From: Euryarchaeota archaeon TMED117
GTDB lineage: Archaea; Thermoplasmatota; Poseidoniia; Poseidoniales; Poseidoniaceae
Length of the DNA stretch: 37,519 nt
Direction: 5' to 3'
NCBI GenBank assembly: GCA_002171315.2
Contig: NHFS02000036.1
Location: 1-37,519, forward strand
Made by a program: the position numbers and the translations under genes. The notes under the pieces were generated by a model. The model was not told where the DNA came from. It saw only the letters and a program-made list of their open reading frames with translations, and did no database searches. Shown piece after piece: positions 18,396-27,866 of the stretch; position 1 is the stretch's first letter, and each line of letters starts with the position of its first letter.

Positions 18396-18404
18396 GGTAA
18401 TTGA

Positions 18405-18896
18405 ATGGAACTCTCAACAGTTGAACAACATCCGTGGGCTAAAATGTTCCCTACTCGATTACCTGTTTGGTGGTGCCGTACTGGAGAGTCAAAATCCCAC
18501 CCAGATCTAGAAGGAGTTACTGGGAAAACCGTTATTTTACGTTTTGAAAAGAAATTTGGTAGAATTGAAAAGATTGCCGCTAAATTATTCCGTGCACCCA
18601 AGGAATTACGCCGGCCACTTCTGGATAAGAACAGTGTTCTTTGGGAATTGTGTAACGGGAAAAGAACTTTCGAAGAAATATGCCAACATATGAGCGAAAC
18701 ATATCATGAAGAAGTATCTCCAGTCGTCCATAGAACACAAGCTGGACTTCAGGTTTTCATAAATCTCAATGTTTTAAGATTAGTATCAGATTCAACATCT
18801 GTTAACTGGAACACAAAGCCAGGTCATATTCCCCCTAACCAACAGTTGGACGATGTAACCTTTGAAGTGGATTTAGAAGTACGAAATGGGGACTAA
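18405..18896 (+). CDS. PqqD-family (RiPP-recognition-element-like) protein
   Basis: PLLDKNSVLWELCNGKRTFEEICQHMSETYHEEVSPVVHRTQAGLQVFINLNVLRLV follows the PqqD pattern (LN..a..iW.lcDG.rT.eEI...l...Y........D...fl..L...gl). Confidence 0.6.
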   Translation: MELSTVEQHPWAKMFPTRLPVWWCRTGESKSHPDLEGVTGKTVILRFEKKFGRIEKIAAKLFRAPKELRRPLLDKNSVLWELCNGKRTFEEICQHMSETYHEEVSPVVHRTQAGLQVFINLNVLRLVSDSTSVNWNTKPGHIPPNQQLDDVTFEVDLEVRNGD

Positions 18897-19225
18897 TTAC
18901 CCAAAAACCGAGAAATATTTTCAACTGGCCGGCCAATAATCACCGATTCACCATCATCCAAAATCGGTCTTTGGAGAACAATTGGATGAAGACATAGGAA
19001 CTCTGCTATATCTTCAGTCTCCAAAACTGAGAAATCCAGACCTTTAGCTGGTTTTTCACCAACGCGTAATAAATCAAGAAATGGTCCATCATATCGTTCT
19101 ATCATTGAGATATATACGGAAGCTGCAATTTCTTCTTTAAGGTACAGTACAATTTCTACATCACCTGGCAAGAATGTCAACGCTTGACGGCTCTTGGAAC
19201 ATCTCGGATTATGATAATATTTCAT
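18893..19225 (-). CDS. arsC: ArsC/Spx-family arsenate-reductase-like protein (YfgD type)
   Basis: N-terminal MKYYHNPRCSKSRQALTFL and C-terminal HPIVLQRPIL...GRP. ATGA overlap with the upstream FGE-like gene. Confidence 0.85.
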   Translation of the reverse strand: MKYYHNPRCSKSRQALTFLPGDVEIVLYLKEEIAASVYISMIERYDGPFLDLLRVGEKPAKGLDFSVLETEDIAEFLCLHPIVLQRPILDDGESVIIGRPVENISRFLGN

Positions 19226-19971
19226 TCATTCATCTCCGTTGGTTCCCACACGAGACGTATGCCAATTCCGTCTTTTCCTTCACTTATGTTGAATCGACGT
19301 CGAGAAGAGGATCTTGAGGAATCACTTTCTGTAAACCATGAACCACCTTTCGCAACCCTATATTCTGAATTTGCATGTACACAAGGTCTTTGCCCACGAT
19401 GATGATGTGAGTGGTCTTTACTCCAATGGTCAGTAGTCATCTCATGAACCATGCCATGCATGTCATAGAAACCCCATTGGTTAGCTTTCTTCGACCCTAC
19501 TTCTCTTGTCGTAGCGCCACTATTACCAGCATGCCATCCATGGGCATCAAGTTCTGCATCCTTGTCACCAAATGACCATCTTGTAGTTGTTCCTGCTTTG
19601 GCAGCATATTCCCACTCTACTTCAGAAGGAAGTCGCCACACTCCCGTTAATCCAAGATAGGATGATGGTTCCGAATTCAAAATTTTCAGAAACTCTTCTA
19701 CTTCTTGAAAAGAAATGCTTTCAACAGGTCGAAGCCCAGCACTCCAACCGTCTTGAAATTTCGAAGGATTTGAACCCATCCTACTTGCCCATTGAACTTG
19801 AGTTACTGGACGAGCACCTAGGAAAACGGGTTCGGATAAAGTGACATCAATACATGGCTGTTCATTTGGATGACCAGAACCATTTTGATCACCAAATGTG
19901 AAAGTACCGGGTTCAAGAAGAATATAACTTCCTCCGAACTCATCCTCAAAGAATGGTTTGCTCGGTTGCAT
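19222..19971 (-). CDS. FGE-sulfatase (SUMF1/DUF323) domain protein without the FGE catalytic cysteine pair
   Basis: RPVTQVQWASRMG, RLPSEVEWEYAAKAG, NQWGFYDMHGMVHEMTTDHW, AKGGSW and GIGIRLV. ATG 19971 lies 4 nt after the FMN reductase stop, and the track's 20085 start overlaps that gene. Confidence 0.8.
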   Translation of the reverse strand: MQPSKPFFEDEFGGSYILLEPGTFTFGDQNGSGHPNEQPCIDVTLSEPVFLGARPVTQVQWASRMGSNPSKFQDGWSAGLRPVESISFQEVEEFLKILNSEPSSYLGLTGVWRLPSEVEWEYAAKAGTTTRWSFGDKDAELDAHGWHAGNSGATTREVGSKKANQWGFYDMHGMVHEMTTDHWSKDHSHHHRGQRPCVHANSEYRVAKGGSWFTESDSSRSSSRRRFNISEGKDGIGIRLVWEPTEMNE

Positions 19972-19975
19972 ATAA

Positions 19976-20530
19976 TCACTGAGAATTACGATACATTTGA
20001 GCAGTATCAAGAACTGATTCAACGAGGGTTTGTAAGCGTTGATTTGAATCTTCATCAACAAGATTACCTTCTTCATCAAAAGCATCTTTCACATGTCCAA
20101 TAGCAAGTTGTTGAGTTACGGCTATGCCATGCAACCATCGTACCATGATTCTCATATGATTGAGTGTGTTTGAATTTTCCATACCTCCAAGTGTTGCCAT
20201 AAGGCCGAATACTTTCCCCCCTACATGCTTTTCATATACCCAATCGAATGTATTTTTCATAACACCAGACATAGTCCCATGATATTCAGGAGATGAAACT
20301 AAAAATCCATCGCAATTCGAGGCTTCTTCTTGAAATTTCTTTGTAATTGGATCACTCCAACAACCTTCGGCCCCAACAAGAGGAAGCGGTTGCTCGGTTA
20401 AGTCCCAAAACACGACATCTGCACCCAATTCTGATGCTTTTTTGAGCGCTAAATCAACCAGCATTCCATTCTTTGATGATTTTCCATAAGAACCAGATAG
20501 CCCCATAATTCGCAATGGTGTTTCTTCCAT
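19976..20530 (-). CDS. NAD(P)H-dependent FMN reductase family protein
   Basis: LRIMGLSGSYGKSSKNGMLVDLAL and VSSPEYHGTMSGVMKNTFDWV, a flavodoxin-like FMN_red pattern. Confidence 0.85.
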   Translation of the reverse strand: MEETPLRIMGLSGSYGKSSKNGMLVDLALKKASELGADVVFWDLTEQPLPLVGAEGCWSDPITKKFQEEASNCDGFLVSSPEYHGTMSGVMKNTFDWVYEKHVGGKVFGLMATLGGMENSNTLNHMRIMVRWLHGIAVTQQLAIGHVKDAFDEEGNLVDEDSNQRLQTLVESVLDTAQMYRNSQ

Positions 20531-20634
20531 GTCTAACCCAATACGAAGTGATAGAAGAAACCATGCATTATAGGTTAACCAATTAGGAACAACGCTTATG
20601 CCGTAACAGTCATGCCGAAGGTTAGGTGCAGTTC

Positions 20635-22932
20635 ATGAGCGATGGTGAAGCCGACAACGAAATGTCCAACTCATTGATGAACGATATGGCAGATGCAATG
20701 CGTTCTGCTGGGTTGACTGAGGAAAATGAGCAATCGGAAGAGCCACAAAATATGCCAGATGGCGAGACAGAAGCAGCCTCCGAAGAACAACCAGCAAAGG
20801 AATTTTCAGAATCAATTACAGAAACTGAATCTGTAGAGGACCAAGTGAATGTACTTCTGGATGAAGGTGAATCCCATTCACGTTCCAATAATCCACAAGA
20901 AGCACTTGTTGCATTTAACAAAGCCATTGCTCTCGACCCTTCATGTGACATGGCTTGGTTTAATCGCGGAGTACTCCTCGAAGCTCAGCAAGATGCACGA
21001 GGGGCTCGACAAGCATTCCAAATATGTCTTGATTTGAATCCTGATCATGCACCAGCAACTGCCAATTTAGCAATTTTACTTGACAGAATTGGAGACGAAG
21101 TTGGAGCAGCAGCAATGGCTCGAAGAGGCTTGGATTTCTTCCCAGGCCATCCATCTCTCACAGATGTTCTTTCTCGATCTAAGAATGCCTCTGTTGAAGA
21201 AGTTCCTGAAGCAATCGAATCTACGATAACAAAGGCATCACATCATGAATCAACTCTCGTTAACGTAATGGCTGATTCAGGAGTTTCCGATTCTGAAGCA
21301 ATCCTAACTGAAGCCGTACATCACGATCTTGATGGGGATGGGCATCTTGACAAAGAAGAACTTCAAAGTGCAGCAGAAGTAGTTGCTGCAACTCAGAAGA
21401 TTGAAACAGAAATTCAGGAAGCAATAGAATCCGAAATCGAAAACAATCCAATCGTTGAAGAAATAGACTTGGATAAACTCACTGCTGAAGCAACAGAAAT
21501 GATCCGTCAAGGAGAACCAAAGAAGGCCTTAGCACTGCTAAAGCCGCATCTGAAAACAATTGGAGCAAATCATGCTGGAGCATGGAGAATTGCAGGAGGT
21601 GCGATGGCACGAATGGAACTCGACACGCATGCAATTGCTGCACTGGAACATGCAACTCGATTGGACGATGAGGTTGCAAGTGGCTGGTACAATTTAGGTA
21701 CGCTGTATGCCCGTAATGATGATGATAATAAGGCAATTGAAGCCTTTGAAAATACGATTGAACTTGACAAAAGACATCTAAAAGCTCGACTAAAATTAGT
21801 CGACTATGCAAAATCTTCTGGAAATATCGGAGATGTTCTCTCCCACGGTATGGCCTTCCTTGAGGTACAAGATGATGCTTTGTTACGAAATGAAATAATC
21901 GAACACTTACTAACCTGTGCTGAACAAGAAGTAGCTGTTTTAGAAAATATTACTGGCATACCACCTACGATGCCAGAAGCACCTCAATTAGCTCAATATG
22001 CACTCGATTTCCTAACCCCTGGGGCATCCGAACACAGAGCAAGGGCAATGACCTTGAAGGGAGATAATATTGAGGCTGTAAAAATCTGGAGGGAATTAAT
22101 CCAAACTGATAAATCTAATTCTGGACTATGGAAAGGTCTTGCACGTTCGCTAGAGGCTGCAGGAGATTTAGAAACTGCTCAACGATGCCACGCTAAAGCA
22201 AACGAACTTGAATCTGGAATACAATCAGAGCCACAAACTGATTCTGAGTCTTCACAGCCATCTGTAGCACAAGAAACATTCACACAACCTCCGCTTGAAC
22301 CTGTCCAGCAGGAAGCCATAACAACACTGCCAGATCCTGTTGTCTCAGAAGAAGAGAAATCGACAGCAAATGATTTGTTACTTTCTCCGATCCAACCTCG
22401 AGTTCAACAAGTGAGGGAGGAACCGAAAGTCGAGGTTGATCTTGCCAAAGCAGCACTGGATGCTACAGCAATAATTGCATCATCCACTGAAATGAGTGTA
22501 GGTTCAAGTGCTGTTGCTAATCAAGATATTTCATGGTACAACCAAGGTGTTCAACTTATTGAAGATGGAAAGTTCCGAGAAGCTTTGTCGAGTTTCGACC
22601 GAGCCTTACCGTCATTTGCTAACGATAATGAAATGGTGATTCGCATATTGAACGGAAGAGGAAATGCATATTATTTCATGGAAGAATATCCTGCCTGCGT
22701 AGAATCTTACCACAAGGCAATGATGATTGATCCATCAAATGTGAGGGGGCAAACACTCTATAACATGGGAACCGCATATGCAGAAATGGAACGATTTTCT
22801 GATGCAATAAAGTGTTACGAACAAGCCATGCCTCGCGGTTTATCACCTGAAGAATCCGCACGTGCCAAGGAACAAATCCGTCGATGCACCATTCTCGAAA
22901 AAGAGAGAAAGAAAAAGCTTTCACGAAAGTGA
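20635..22932 (+). CDS. TPR-repeat protein with acidic linkers
   Basis: Repeated 34-aa TPR signatures (AWFNRGVLLEAQQDARGARQAFQICLDLNPDH, GWYNLGTLYARNDDDNKAIEAFENTIELD, LYNMGTAYAEMERFSDAIKCYEQAM). ATG 20635 lies 6 nt after AGGTG. The track uses GTG 20626. Confidence 0.8.
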   Translation: MSDGEADNEMSNSLMNDMADAMRSAGLTEENEQSEEPQNMPDGETEAASEEQPAKEFSESITETESVEDQVNVLLDEGESHSRSNNPQEALVAFNKAIALDPSCDMAWFNRGVLLEAQQDARGARQAFQICLDLNPDHAPATANLAILLDRIGDEVGAAAMARRGLDFFPGHPSLTDVLSRSKNASVEEVPEAIESTITKASHHESTLVNVMADSGVSDSEAILTEAVHHDLDGDGHLDKEELQSAAEVVAATQKIETEIQEAIESEIENNPIVEEIDLDKLTAEATEMIRQGEPKKALALLKPHLKTIGANHAGAWRIAGGAMARMELDTHAIAALEHATRLDDEVASGWYNLGTLYARNDDDNKAIEAFENTIELDKRHLKARLKLVDYAKSSGNIGDVLSHGMAFLEVQDDALLRNEIIEHLLTCAEQEVAVLENITGIPPTMPEAPQLAQYALDFLTPGASEHRARAMTLKGDNIEAVKIWRELIQTDKSNSGLWKGLARSLEAAGDLETAQRCHAKANELESGIQSEPQTDSESSQPSVAQETFTQPPLEPVQQEAITTLPDPVVSEEEKSTANDLLLSPIQPRVQQVREEPKVEVDLAKAALDATAIIASSTEMSVGSSAVANQDISWYNQGVQLIEDGKFREALSSFDRALPSFANDNEMVIRILNGRGNAYYFMEEYPACVESYHKAMMIDPSNVRGQTLYNMGTAYAEMERFSDAIKCYEQAMPRGLSPEESARAKEQIRRCTILEKERKKKLSRK

Positions 22933-22974
22933 AATGAAAGTCAGGTTCATATTCCCCCGACGTTTCGGCTGTAC

Positions 22975-23355
22975 ATGGACTGTGGAACGTGCGAGACTGC
23001 ACCAGCAATCGAAATCATCAAACCTAAGGTGGTGAATGTCAATCTAACAATCACTGAAAAAGCCTTGGACATGCTAACAGAAGCCTTCGGTGATGATCGT
23101 AGCCATGCACTCCTTGTAGGCGTTCTATCAGGCGGTTGTTCAGGATACATGTATGATTTACAAATCGTTGAAACAACCGATATTGATTGTCAAGAGATTG
23201 AGATTTCAGGATTTAGAGTTCTCGTACCAAAGGCTTCATCGCATTTACTCGATGGTATTGAAGTCGATTATGTGGATCGATTGATGGGTGGCGGATTCAA
23301 AATCAATAATCCAAATGCATCAAGTTCCTGTGGTTGTGGCGAATCCTTTGCATGA
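22975..23355 (+). CDS. iscA: HesB/IscA-family iron-sulfur cluster insertion protein
   Basis: LTITEKALDML...LLVGVLSGGCSGYMYDL...INNPNASSSCGCGESFA, the canonical C-x(n)-CGCG triad. There is an N-terminal extension of about 20 aa carrying a CGTC pair. Confidence 0.88.
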   Translation: MDCGTCETAPAIEIIKPKVVNVNLTITEKALDMLTEAFGDDRSHALLVGVLSGGCSGYMYDLQIVETTDIDCQEIEISGFRVLVPKASSHLLDGIEVDYVDRLMGGGFKINNPNASSSCGCGESFA

Positions 23356-23364
23356 GGACCCCTC

Positions 23365-24015
23365 ATGAGAGTGTTTCAACTCGATTCATACGTCTTGCTC
23401 CTTTCAGGAAAAGATTGTTTAAAATTTCTAGATGGTCTTTCAACCAATAAAGTTGAATCAACCTGTACGACTGTTTTTACAAAATCAAATGCCAAAATCA
23501 TTGATATGGTTGAAGTAATAGTCGTTGGTGAAAATATTGCTTTAGTTGGCCATAATAAATACAAAACGAACTTAGTCGACCATCTAAACTCAAGAATTCT
23601 ACAACAAGATGTTTCAATGAGAGACATTTCTGAATTCAATAATGTCTACATCTCATTTGATGATTATCCAAAAACGGATAACATTACTGTTGTTAGTACG
23701 TTCAGAGGCTGGATTATTGTTGCTCCTACTTCTTTTAACATTGAATCGACCCTAACATTGGATGCTTTCAATGAATATCGTATTGAGCATGTAATTCCCC
23801 ATCAAGAATACGAAATTACTCCTTCCAGGCATCCATTCAATTGCCGTTTAGAACATTTAGTTCATGAATCCAAAGGATGCTACATAGGCCAAGAAATCTT
23901 GACACGTATGAGAAGTAGGGGGAAAATGGGTAAATCACTCATCCGTATCGAAGGATCTCCTGAGGATGCCACTACAAATGGTGCAACACATTCACTCGCT
24001 ATTCGAAAAACCTGA
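23365..24015 (+). CDS. ygfZ: YgfZ/GcvT-like folate-binding protein (short form)
   Basis: LLSGKDCLKFLDGLSTNKV near the N-terminus and the YgfZ signature KGCYIGQEILTRMRSRGK. Confidence 0.8.
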   Translation: MRVFQLDSYVLLLSGKDCLKFLDGLSTNKVESTCTTVFTKSNAKIIDMVEVIVVGENIALVGHNKYKTNLVDHLNSRILQQDVSMRDISEFNNVYISFDDYPKTDNITVVSTFRGWIIVAPTSFNIESTLTLDAFNEYRIEHVIPHQEYEITPSRHPFNCRLEHLVHESKGCYIGQEILTRMRSRGKMGKSLIRIEGSPEDATTNGATHSLAIRKT

Positions 24016-24026
24016 GGGATGGGGGA

Positions 24027-25322
24027 ATGACTGTGAACGAAAATTCAGAAGTCGTACAACGTCGATATGATATCGATTGGTTACGAGTTATTCTCTTTGG
24101 ATTATTGATTCCCTTTCACGTAGCCATAGGCGTATACTGGTCAACATATGGCACAGATATCAATCCTAACATGGCAAGCGATGATATGGATAATGATGAA
24201 CTGGCTGCTGAAGAAAATACCTATACAGCAGATTCTATTGACCCGACAAGTATGTTTCTTCATTGGATGCATCAATGGAGACTAGCAGCGTTATTCATGA
24301 TCTCTGGTATGGGTACTGCATTCGCCTTCAAGCGACGTTCGTGGGGTAAATTCCTTATCGAAAGATTACAACGATTATTAGTCCCAATGATATTTGGCAT
24401 GTGGACAATCGGGTTTGCAGGCGGTATTGCTCTCGGAGCCATAGATTTGGATAATGAAAGTGTATCTGATATAGGAACATCTTTGATCTATCATATTTTG
24501 ATTACTTCGTTCATATTTTGGATACCGATAATTGGGAAAATAATAGCGTTAGGCCATCTGTGGTTCTTATGGAATCTATTTTTGTATTCGCTTCTGATGA
24601 CTCCTGTATTCCATTATGTTCAAAAAAATGCAGATGGAGCATTAGCAAGAATGTTCAAATCTATGTTTACTGCTAGATTTGGGATTGGTGTTTTCATGAT
24701 CATACCTCTCTTATTGAGCAGTGTGGAGATTCTCTTCAAGCCGTGGATTGCTGGTTTTCTTGGAAGCGGATACGAATGGTTGTGGTTCCTTGGGTTTTTC
24801 TTCTTCGGTTATTCCTGTATCATTGCCAAGAGTGAATATTATTCATTTTTAGAAAAAAATCGATTAAAAATTAGTGGGATAACAATCCTTCTGACCTTAA
24901 TGTTTGTATGGATTCGAATTCAACAGCATAATGCCGGTATCCCTTACATTGATGGGGGTTGGATTGAACAAGGAATTATCCATAATCAAATGACACTCTT
25001 TTCATGCTTCATTCATAGTTTTCATGCTTGGTTCTGGTGTTTAGCAGTTTTTTCATGGGGAGCGCATTTTCTCAATAAACCAAGCAAAAATTTAGCCTAC
25101 ATGAATCAAGGAGTTTATCCATTTTACATCGTCCACATGCCAATTACTTTTGCTGCTTTAAAATTATCAACTGAAATGGGGATTACAAACTATTCCGCAG
25201 TTCTTCTTAGTTGCTTATTGGTAACACTTGGTTGTTGGTTATCTTTTGAAATTTTAAAGAGAACCAAGGTTTCGAGATACCTATTTGGAATCAAAGAAAT
25301 TCCAATAAAGAAATTAGACTAA
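24027..25322 (+). CDS. Acyltransferase family 3 integral membrane protein
   Basis: RRYDIDWLRVILFGLLIPFHV start motif, ten or more hydrophobic helices, and FYIVHMPI near the C-terminus. Confidence 0.8.
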   Translation: MTVNENSEVVQRRYDIDWLRVILFGLLIPFHVAIGVYWSTYGTDINPNMASDDMDNDELAAEENTYTADSIDPTSMFLHWMHQWRLAALFMISGMGTAFAFKRRSWGKFLIERLQRLLVPMIFGMWTIGFAGGIALGAIDLDNESVSDIGTSLIYHILITSFIFWIPIIGKIIALGHLWFLWNLFLYSLLMTPVFHYVQKNADGALARMFKSMFTARFGIGVFMIIPLLLSSVEILFKPWIAGFLGSGYEWLWFLGFFFFGYSCIIAKSEYYSFLEKNRLKISGITILLTLMFVWIRIQQHNAGIPYIDGGWIEQGIIHNQMTLFSCFIHSFHAWFWCLAVFSWGAHFLNKPSKNLAYMNQGVYPFYIVHMPITFAALKLSTEMGITNYSAVLLSCLLVTLGCWLSFEILKRTKVSRYLFGIKEIPIKKLD

Positions 25323-26261
25323 TCAATATCCGAGTACGTCTTTGAGTTGATTCTTGTAGAAGTTACCTGACTCCTGAAGAGATGCAAGTTCTCCTTCACT
25401 GAGATCCAATTCAAAGATTTGTTCAACTCCGTTTGACCCTAACAAACATGGGACACCGATGTAAACCTCATCCAATCCATATTGCCCTGTTAGATGACAT
25501 GATGCGGGCAATAGCCGACGTCGATTATTGAGAACGGATTCTGCCATGATGGCAGCAGCAGAACCAGGAGCATAGAATGCTGAACCACGCTCGAGTAATT
25601 TGACAATTTCGCCACCACCACTTGCTGTGCGAGCTGATATAGCCTCTATTCTCTCTTGACTCATGAGTTGTGTAATAGGTATACCACCTACGGTTGTGTA
25701 TCGTGGTAAAGGAACCATTGTGTCCCCGTGACCGCCAAGAACCATAGGGCTAACGTCTTCTTCTGCGCATCCTAATTCTAAAGCAATGAAATGAGCCATA
25801 CGGGCACTGTCGAGAACACCTGCTTGTCCTATTACACGGTTGGAAGGGAATCCGGTAACCTTCTGCATGTGATAGGTCATCAAGTCGAGAGGATTGGTTA
25901 CAACAATGACAACGGCATCGGGCGCATGGTCACGGATACCTGCTCCCACTTGTGCAATAATTTCTGCATTTTTTCCAATGAGATCTTCTCGAGTCATTCC
26001 TGGTTGTCTTGGAAATCCGCTCGTGACGACAACAACATCTGAATCAGTAATATCTTCGTATGATGATGTGCCAGTAATTGTTCCATTGTAATTGAGAACA
26101 TTTGCATTTTGACTCATATCCAAGGCCTTCCCTTTTGCAAACCCTTCATAGATATCGAGAAGGACGATATCTGCTATCTTCATATTGGCTAAAACAAAAG
26201 CACACGTTGCTCCAACATTTCCTGCTCCTATTACTGAAATTTTACGGCTTCCACGGGACAT
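25323..26261 (-). CDS. mdh: Malate dehydrogenase (LDH-like MDH family)
   Basis: KISVIGAGNVGATCAF, VVVTSGFPRQPGMTREDL, IVVTNPLD and VLGGHGDTMVP. Confidence 0.93.
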   Translation of the reverse strand: MSRGSRKISVIGAGNVGATCAFVLANMKIADIVLLDIYEGFAKGKALDMSQNANVLNYNGTITGTSSYEDITDSDVVVVTSGFPRQPGMTREDLIGKNAEIIAQVGAGIRDHAPDAVVIVVTNPLDLMTYHMQKVTGFPSNRVIGQAGVLDSARMAHFIALELGCAEEDVSPMVLGGHGDTMVPLPRYTTVGGIPITQLMSQERIEAISARTASGGGEIVKLLERGSAFYAPGSAAAIMAESVLNNRRRLLPASCHLTGQYGLDEVYIGVPCLLGSNGVEQIFELDLSEGELASLQESGNFYKNQLKDVLGY

Positions 26262-26393
26262 AATTCTCTCCTCAATCTGATGTCTGAACGAGACGCTCTT
26301 TAATTCAAATGGTTGTTCCCAAATAAATTCTCCATCTGGATGGAGGGTGGCATTGAAGAACCCCCTCTGTGTGGGCGAATCATAGGTGTAATT

Positions 26394-27557
26394 ATGAAGT
26401 TGGGAGTGCTCAAAGAACCCGCTGATGAAACACGAGTTGCAATCGTTCCAACCAGCATGAAAAAATTACTCAAAGCAGGATTCGAAGTCATCGTTGAATC
26501 AGGTGCTGGTAAGGAGGCAAATTACTCTGATGAAGCATACACAGACGCAGGTGCAACTGTAGGAACACGAGAGGATGCTCTTGCTTGTGCTAACCTCATT
26601 ACTATCCGATTCCCTGGTGTGGATGGGCTTGCAGAAGGAACAACTTTGGCATGTGTTTCAGATCCTTTCCGAAATCCACAGCACGTCAAGGATTGCATGA
26701 AAGCGAATATCACACTGCTCTCAATGGATATGATTCCTCGACGTTTGAGTCGTGCTCAATCAATGGATGTTAATTCAAGTCAAGACAATCTTGCTGGATA
26801 CAAAGCGGTACTGCTAGGAGCATCCCAGGTTCCTAAGGGAATTCCAATGATGACAACATCCGCAGGAACTGTTCGACCTGCGAAGGTGGTCATTATGGGT
26901 TCAGGTGTTGCAGGATTGCAAGCAATTGCAACTGCAAAGAGACTTGGAGCAGTCGTTTATGCATCAGACGTTCGTAAATCCGCAGCAGAACAAATTGAAT
27001 CTGTTGGTGGACGGTTCATCGAAGTCGATGGAATGGATGACTTTGAAGATGAAGCTGGATATGCTAAACCTCTCACCCCTGAATTTATTCAGAAAGTGAA
27101 CGATACGGTTTGCGGTGTAGCATCAGATGCTGACATTATTGTTACAACAGCACGTATCTTTGGACGCCCAGCGCCTATTACTGTACCTTCATCAGCAGTT
27201 CAAAACTTCAAATCTGGTGCTGTTGTTGTTGATATGAATGCAGATGTAGGTGGAAACTGCGAAGACACAGTTGCAGGTAAAGTAATCACAACAGACAATG
27301 GCGTAATTATTGTAGGAACATCAAACCTCCCAGGAACTATCGCTACTACAGCAAGTATGCTTTATTCCAATAATCTAACCACATTCATCACTTCCTTAGT
27401 CGATGAAGGAGAAGTGAAAATCTCCGATGATGACGACATCCTCGTAGGCGCTCCAGAAGGAAGCGATTTCTATGTTAATGGAATGGGTGGCGTTCTCATC
27501 TGCAAAGATGGAGAGTTACATCCAAAACAAACTCGCTTAGGAGGTGCACTCGAATGA
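26394..27557 (+). CDS. pntAA: NAD(P) transhydrogenase subunit alpha part 1 (dI)
   Basis: MKLGVLKEPADETRVAIVP, SSQDNLAGYKAV and VVIMGSGVAGLQAIATAKRLGA. ATG 26394 sits behind TAGGTG. The track's 26313 start is an extension. Confidence 0.9.
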   Translation: MKLGVLKEPADETRVAIVPTSMKKLLKAGFEVIVESGAGKEANYSDEAYTDAGATVGTREDALACANLITIRFPGVDGLAEGTTLACVSDPFRNPQHVKDCMKANITLLSMDMIPRRLSRAQSMDVNSSQDNLAGYKAVLLGASQVPKGIPMMTTSAGTVRPAKVVIMGSGVAGLQAIATAKRLGAVVYASDVRKSAAEQIESVGGRFIEVDGMDDFEDEAGYAKPLTPEFIQKVNDTVCGVASDADIIVTTARIFGRPAPITVPSSAVQNFKSGAVVVDMNADVGGNCEDTVAGKVITTDNGVIIVGTSNLPGTIATTASMLYSNNLTTFITSLVDEGEVKISDDDDILVGAPEGSDFYVNGMGGVLICKDGELHPKQTRLGGALE

Positions 27558-27865
27558 CACCAGAATTTTTAATTGGAAACATTACTCTGTTCGTACTTGC
27601 TATCTTCCTTGGATTTGAGTTGATCACAAAAGTACCTGCAACACTGCACACGCCTCTTATGAGCGGTGCAAATGCAATCTCTGGAATTTCAATCATTGGA
27701 GCACTTATTGGGGCAAATGTAGCATACGAATCTGGAGATACAGCAATTTCAGGAATACTTGCATTTGTTGCAGTAGTTTTAGCGATGATCAATGTTGTTG
27801 GTGGATTCCTTGTCACCAATAGAATGTTGAATATGATTGCTGGAAAGAAGCGAAGAGGTGCTTGA
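27554..27865 (+). CDS. pntAB: NAD(P) transhydrogenase subunit alpha part 2 (membrane dII-a)
   Basis: 103 aa with three TMs and the motif HTPLMSGANAISGI. ATGA overlap with pntAA. Confidence 0.88.
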   Translation: MTPEFLIGNITLFVLAIFLGFELITKVPATLHTPLMSGANAISGISIIGALIGANVAYESGDTAISGILAFVAVVLAMINVVGGFLVTNRMLNMIAGKKRRGA

Positions 27866-27866
27866 G

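Noticed and set aside
18158-18601. 147-aa minus-strand ORF spanning the surface-protein end, the mini-ORF and the PqqD-like start
   Set aside because: It overlaps three plus-strand coding regions. Its sequence is Cys/His/Ser-rich and random-looking, with no motif. The plus-strand genes have RBS and coherent hydrophobicity or family patterns.
19222-19971. Annotating the SUMF1-domain protein as a true formylglycine-generating enzyme
   Set aside because: The two catalytic cysteines expected just after the GGSW/GGSY motif are absent, and no sulfatase with a C/S-x-P-x-R motif is in the window.
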